A stretch of DNA of 51,871 bases from contig NC_068996.1 of the NCBI RefSeq assembly GCF_001194135.2, positions 49,672,827 through 49,724,697 of the forward strand. Reading direction: 5' to 3'. The notes under the pieces were generated by a model. It ran no database searches and was not told the DNA's origin. It saw nothing but the letters and a program-made list of their open reading frames with translations. This stretch comes from Octopus bimaculoides (taxonomy: Eukaryota). The position numbers and the translations under genes were made by a program. The stretch's first letter is position 1. Every line of letters starts with the position of its first letter. This document shows, piece after piece, positions 46,938 to 51,871 of the stretch.

Positions 46938-47311
46938 AACCAGTGTTATTTCCAAGATGTTGTGAAAACATTCTGGCCATGGGAAAATATTACCTTTACA
47001 TGGAAACAGGTAAGAGTTGGTAACAAAAGGGCATCCAAACATAGAAGATTTGTGCCAATAAACTCCATTATATCCATGCAAGCATGGGGAAAATGGATGT
47101 TAAAATGACGATGATGAAGAGAACATTCTTTATTCATTTATTTAGTTATTTCCTACAAAAATTTCTTGCTTTGAAACAGAAAGGTAGAAGACAATTTAAG
47201 AATAAAACAATATTTATACATTATACAAAAGACTGTAACCAATAACTTTGGCACATATTTTAAAATCTATTTGACTGAACATATAACCCAAAATAATTTA
47301 TAACGAAAGCA

Positions 47312-47360
<49 letters not shown>

Positions 47361-48529
47361 CACTCATTTATAGCTCACCTTCTAAAAGGAACATGACAAC
47401 AGTTAATGTATACGATACTCGTGATTCATAGCATTGTATAAAACACGTTTTGTAAATTGTGAGAAGGTCGTTTGTAGAACACCCTCGCCCTCAACACATC
47501 CCTAAAGATATTTTAAAACATCAAGACACACCTTTCGTGCATGACGAAGCATATAAGATTACTTCAGGTATACACTGAGAAATAAAACATTTAGGACAAA
47601 ACTGGGATAAATTTTAAAATTTATGTAATCAAAATTTTGATTATATATTCAATTCAAAACTCTGGTGTTTTATCAAAAGCAAATCACTGAGAAATTGTGA
47701 CAATTTGTAAACTTGATAAAGGACAACGTTACTACTGAACATGAAATGCTTATTCTGGGTAGCTATTTACCAATGAAGCGCCTACAAAATGTCACAGCTA
47801 GGCAACATTGTCATGTAGTGAAGAAAGCAATTGTTCAGGTTCTTAAGATGATGAATTTCTTATCTATGTGAATGTGGAAACAACGAATTGACTTATTATT
47901 CTGGATTACATAAGGCAGCAAGCTGGAAGAATTGTTGGTAGAGGTAGAGGGGGAGGTAGAGAGGGAGAGAGGGGGAGGGAGAGAGGGGGAGGTAGAGAGG
48001 GAGAGAGAGAGAAATATTAAAATTTGGATATCAAATAAGTCACCATCAAATCAGTGGTGCCAAATGTTTAGTGTCAAAGAGGACTCACTCTGCTGGGTCA
48101 TACTTAACCCAAAATATGTAAGGCAAACTTTAACACCCATTGGATCTGAAACTGGGACAAGCTGTGAGACTATACAACCAAGCCAAACCTTAGTCTAGCT
48201 CTTAACTATCATCCAGAAAGTAACAAGAAGAAAAAAAGTTTTTGTACAGGTGTTAATAACTTAATTATGAAAGAAGAGAAGAAAATTAAGCTATGGGTTT
48301 TAAGTCTTTTGTTACTGTATTTCTCTTGAAATACACTGCTCCTATTTCAATTAGTTTTGAAAATAATGAAGAAAATAAAGTAATTTTGTCATTGTTAAGC
48401 TGGTATTTAAAACCTAAGATTCAGATTTTGATGAAAAGTTTTAATCTAGGTCTCTTTAAAACAGGAAATTTGTATCATTAGAAGAACAAATGGTGTTCTC
48501 AAAGGTTTTTATCAAAAGGATTAAATTAA

Positions 48530-48832
48530 AGAGTTGTGCCGGTGGCACATGAAAAGACATCCGAGCGAGATCGTTGCTAGTGTCGCCAGACTGGCTCCTG
48601 TGCAGGTTGCACGTAAAATACACCATTTTGAGCGTGACCGTTGCCAGTACCGCCTGACTGGCCTTCATGCCGGTGACACGTAAAAGCACCCACTACACTC
48701 TCTGAGTGGTTGGCATTAGGAAGGGCATCCAGTTGTAGAAACTCTGCCAAATCAGATTGGAGTCTGGTGTCCTCAGTCAAATCGTCCAACCCATGCTAGC
48801 ATGGAAAGCGGACGTTAAACGATGATGATGAT
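48530..48832 (+). mobile_element. Family C copy
   Basis: ggcattaggaagggcatccagttgtagaaactctgcc...gcggacgttaaacgatgatgatg. Confidence 0.85.
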
Positions 48833-49005
48833 AGCAATGGCAAACTGGGATATTTTTTTAACATTTTGCTAATCATAAAATAACATTGGTTAGTTATCAG
48901 TGTTGTTCCTTTTTTTTTTAATATAATTATAATACAGTAAAAAATGTATTAAATATAACTTAAAAGATATGGATGTATAAATGCCCTCACGTAGGTTGTA
49001 TAGCA

Positions 49006-49300
49006 CAGGGGTTTTCAAACTGTGGTCCACGGACTACAGGGGGTCCGCAAGGACAAGACAGGGGGTCCGTAGACAGCAAATACTTTTTATGGGCAATTTG
49101 ATTTTATATATGTTTTTTAATCGAAATCTTTTAATTGACAATAAACCTATTTGTTAAATACTGTTAAATAAATAAATGTAAAAATATGTAATTTTAAGCA
49201 AATATTTATGTATAAATTTCATAAGCGTTTATAAGGGGGTCCCTAAGGTAAAGCCTGAAATATAAAGGGGTCCGCAAGTCAAAAAGTTTGAAAACCCCTG
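49006..49300. mobile_element. hAT-type MITE
   Basis: Perfect 16-bp TIR CAGGGGTTTTCAAACT/AGTTTGAAAACCCCTG; perfect 8-bp TSD GTATAGCA at 48998-49005 and 49301-49308. Confidence 0.92.
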
Positions 49301-49469
49301 GTATAGCATACATACACTCGCTCATACAAACATCCACAAAGGTATAAGCATAAGCAAACGTGTGGTTTGGTGCACATACATTCACCTAGCAAATTAAAAA
49401 GCTACTTGGTGTTTATAAAAACGGGGAGGTTAAAGCTAAATTCAATTCATTCATACCATTGCTTTACAC

Positions 49470-49660
49470 AAAGTGAGAAGATACATTGCAGAACTGTTAT
49501 TTTAATGAGTTATATCTTTTATCACCTGAAGAGACACATCTACACCATTGGATGCTCCTAAACCAGTTGTTAAGTTTCCCATCCGTGAGTGATCAATGCT
49601 AGATGGATTGAAACAAATGTAATGATTAATAAAAATTCTCATATCTTCCATTTCATTAAC
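49470..49660 (+). repeat. ~190-bp repeat, also at 51195-51375
   Basis: Shared tgttattttaa...tcacctgaagagacacatctaca...atcaatgctagat. Confidence 0.75.
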
Positions 49661-50094
49661 CAAATATAAATGTGTGTGTGTGTATTAATATCAAACAATG
49701 AGAATGAGTGCTCAACACTGCAATGGACAAAAATTCTTTATGGTTTATGGCTACCATTGGTTTCATGTAAGTGATAAATCCCTTAACAATTATCAAGCCT
49801 GCAACATGGAACATTGGTGTTCATCTCCATCTTGGATTAAAACAATAAAATCACATAAGATCATGATAAAATATTGTGAGATTTTAGGTAAACAAAACAA
49901 ATATCAGGGGCAACAACTTTTGAATTATTATCTCCCTTGCCTCAAATTTAGGTTAAATTTGATTTGAACTGTTCAAATATTTGCTAACATAAAATTTTTA
50001 TAAACTTTCAAGAGAACATGAAATAATAATTTTTTTCTTTTAATAGATTTCAAAGCACACATATTTTGCTATAAATAATAGCATATAAATATCA

Positions 50095-50437
50095 TTTTTC
50101 AAATTTTGAAACAAGGCCAGCAATTTCGGGGAGAGGATAAGTCAACTGCATCAACCCCAGCAGTCAACTGGTACTTATTTTCAGTGGACCCTGATGCAGT
50201 CCTCCAGCTTGTCAGATCCTGTCTGATTGTCCAACCCCTGCCAGCGTGAAACATGAGCATTAAATGATAATGATGATGAAATGGGTCAATTACATTAATC
50301 CCAGTGCATAACTGGTACTTATTTTATTGACCCTGAAAGGATGAAAGGCAAAGTTGACTTCAGTAGAATTTGAACTCAGAACAGACAAAATGCTAAGCAT
50401 TATACCTGGAGTGCTAACAATTCTGCTAGCTCACCAT
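50095..50437 (-). mobile_element. SINE family B fragments with an inserted family C tail
   Basis: Two core copies (caactggtacttatt) separated by a (GAT)n-tailed fragment at ~50200-50280. Confidence 0.65.
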
Positions 50438-50721
50438 TTAAAGGCACAAAAATATTGGGTTGAAAAACCTGTCAGGATACAAACGTCAAAGCTGCCCATG
50501 GAACTCAAATCTACATCTCCTGTAAGCACGGTAGATGTTCTATCATTGGACCAAAGTCAATCCTATGAATTTCTCAATTCACTTTAGAAAATTTGTTCTG
50601 AGCGGAAAGAACTGTATGTTGTTGACGTTATAACAGATGTGGGTTTGAGTCCATGATAAGCTTTTAACTTTATCTATCCAAAAAGGTTTTTAAACATATT
50701 CAAATGGTATTATTTATGGCT

Positions 50722-51085
50722 TTTACCAATCACATGGTTCCGGGTTCAATCCCACTGTGTGGCACCTTGGGCAAGTGTCTTCTACTATAGCCTCAGGCCG
50801 ACCAAAACCTTGTGAGTGGATTTGGAAGACGGAAACTGAAAGAAGCCCGTCATATATATATGTATATGTGTTTGTGTGTTTATGTTTGTGTCTGAGTTTG
50901 TCCCCCCAACATCGCTTGACAACCAATGCTGGTGTGTTTATGTCCCCGTAACTTAGCGGTTCGGCAAAAGAGACCGATAGAATAAGTACTAGGCTTACAA
51001 AGAATAAGTCCAGGGGTCGATTTGCTCAACTAAAGGCGGTGCTCCAGCATGGCCGCAGTCAAATGACTGAAACAAGTAAAGAGAG
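50722..51085 (+). mobile_element. SINE family A
   Basis: accaatcacatggttccgggttc...gactgaaacaagtaaagagag. Confidence 0.9.
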
Positions 51086-51373
51086 TATATGCATAAATGT
51101 TTGTGTGTGTATGTGTGTGTGTGCGGTAAGCTTGCTTTGTAATCCTAAAATCCCAGGTTGTGGTTAATTTACTACTTTTGTATACACATACCGAAAAGAA
51201 ATCTTGCAGAAGAGATGTTATTTTAACAAGATACATCTTGTAATCACCTGAAGAGACACATCTACATCGACGGATACACCTAAACTAGATGTTCAGTATC
51301 CCACCCATGAGGAATCAATGCTAGATTGGTCAAAACAATTGAAGTGATCAATAAACATTCTCTCATTAATCAA

Positions 51374-51602
51374 ATACAGGCTTGGCTGGGTGGGGGTGCT
51401 TGTCTCCCCCTCGTAAACATAAGGACATAGGAAATGTGTCACGGCCGACAGGAAGCGGTGCAGCTTCCTGGGGCTAAATAGCAGTTGTATGATTCCCTTA
51501 TTGGGACTGTCACGTTAAGTTGACGGTATACAACTACTTTATCATATCACTACTGCTTAAGTCTCTCCAAGAGATTTAGAAATGTATCGTTTCTAATTTT
51601 TG
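51374..51602 (+). mobile_element. Second, HHR-less copy of the 42 kb retrozyme-like family
   Basis: Aligns to 42378-42544 then 42214-42254 (e.g. ggaaatgtgtca..gccgacaggaagcggtgcagcttcct; gggactgtcac). Confidence 0.8.
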
Positions 51603-51635
51603 TAATTATATATATTAGATATAGATATATATATA

Positions 51636-51850
51636 CTTTATTTAAAAGCAGCAGAAATATAACAAAAGACTCTTACTCGGAGTTTCACGTTCCCGTTCAT
51701 CGGAAAACTGTCCGATGAACAGGAATGTGAAACTCCGAGTAACAGTCTTTTGTTATATTTCTGCTGCTTTTAAATAAAGCATATTACTCTACCTCTGGTA
51801 TTTGAGTACTCTTATTTCCACCTTGTTGCACATTTATGTGCTTACTCTGG
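51636..51850. mobile_element. Second copy of the double-hammerhead foldback element
   Basis: Near-identical to 767-993. Plus arm ACUGU-CCGAUGA-ACA GGAA UGU-GAA-ACUC C GAGU-A^ACAGU (51707-51746). Confidence 0.75.
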
Positions 51851-51871
51851 TATATATATATATATATATAT

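Overview
AT-rich, microsatellite- and SINE-dense animal genomic DNA with six N-gaps. The repeat repertoire suggests a coleoid cephalopod, probably Octopus (inference from recalled repeat families, not a database hit). The only host gene I can support is a Smaug/SAMD4 orthologue on the minus strand: coding exon 1 (33092-32885), a ~23 kb intron, coding exon 2 (9800-9129), then an intron running off the left edge, so the SAM-domain exons lie outside the window. A CpG-retaining zone upstream of the ATG (~33.1-36.9 kb) probably marks the promoter. The rest is mostly tRNA-derived SINEs (about four families), TTAA (piggyBac-like) and hAT MITEs, Helentron-like elements, a decayed DD37D (maT) mariner, a decayed Gypsy pol and LINE fragments. 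The main discovery is a set of unrelated small non-coding elements carrying minimal type I hammerhead ribozyme (HHR) folds with palindromic stem III. (i) A canonical HHR lies in a 331-bp unit with 67-bp terminal redundancy (42147-42544), resembling a circRNA-derived retrozyme. (ii) A canonical HHR lies in the sense orientation of Smaug intron 1 (18172-18130), inside a TTAA/TIR-bounded element. (iii) Three copies of a foldback element carry two inverted HHR arms with a non-canonical U4C core. (iv) Several decayed relics are also present. All folds were derived by eye and none is shown to be catalytically active.
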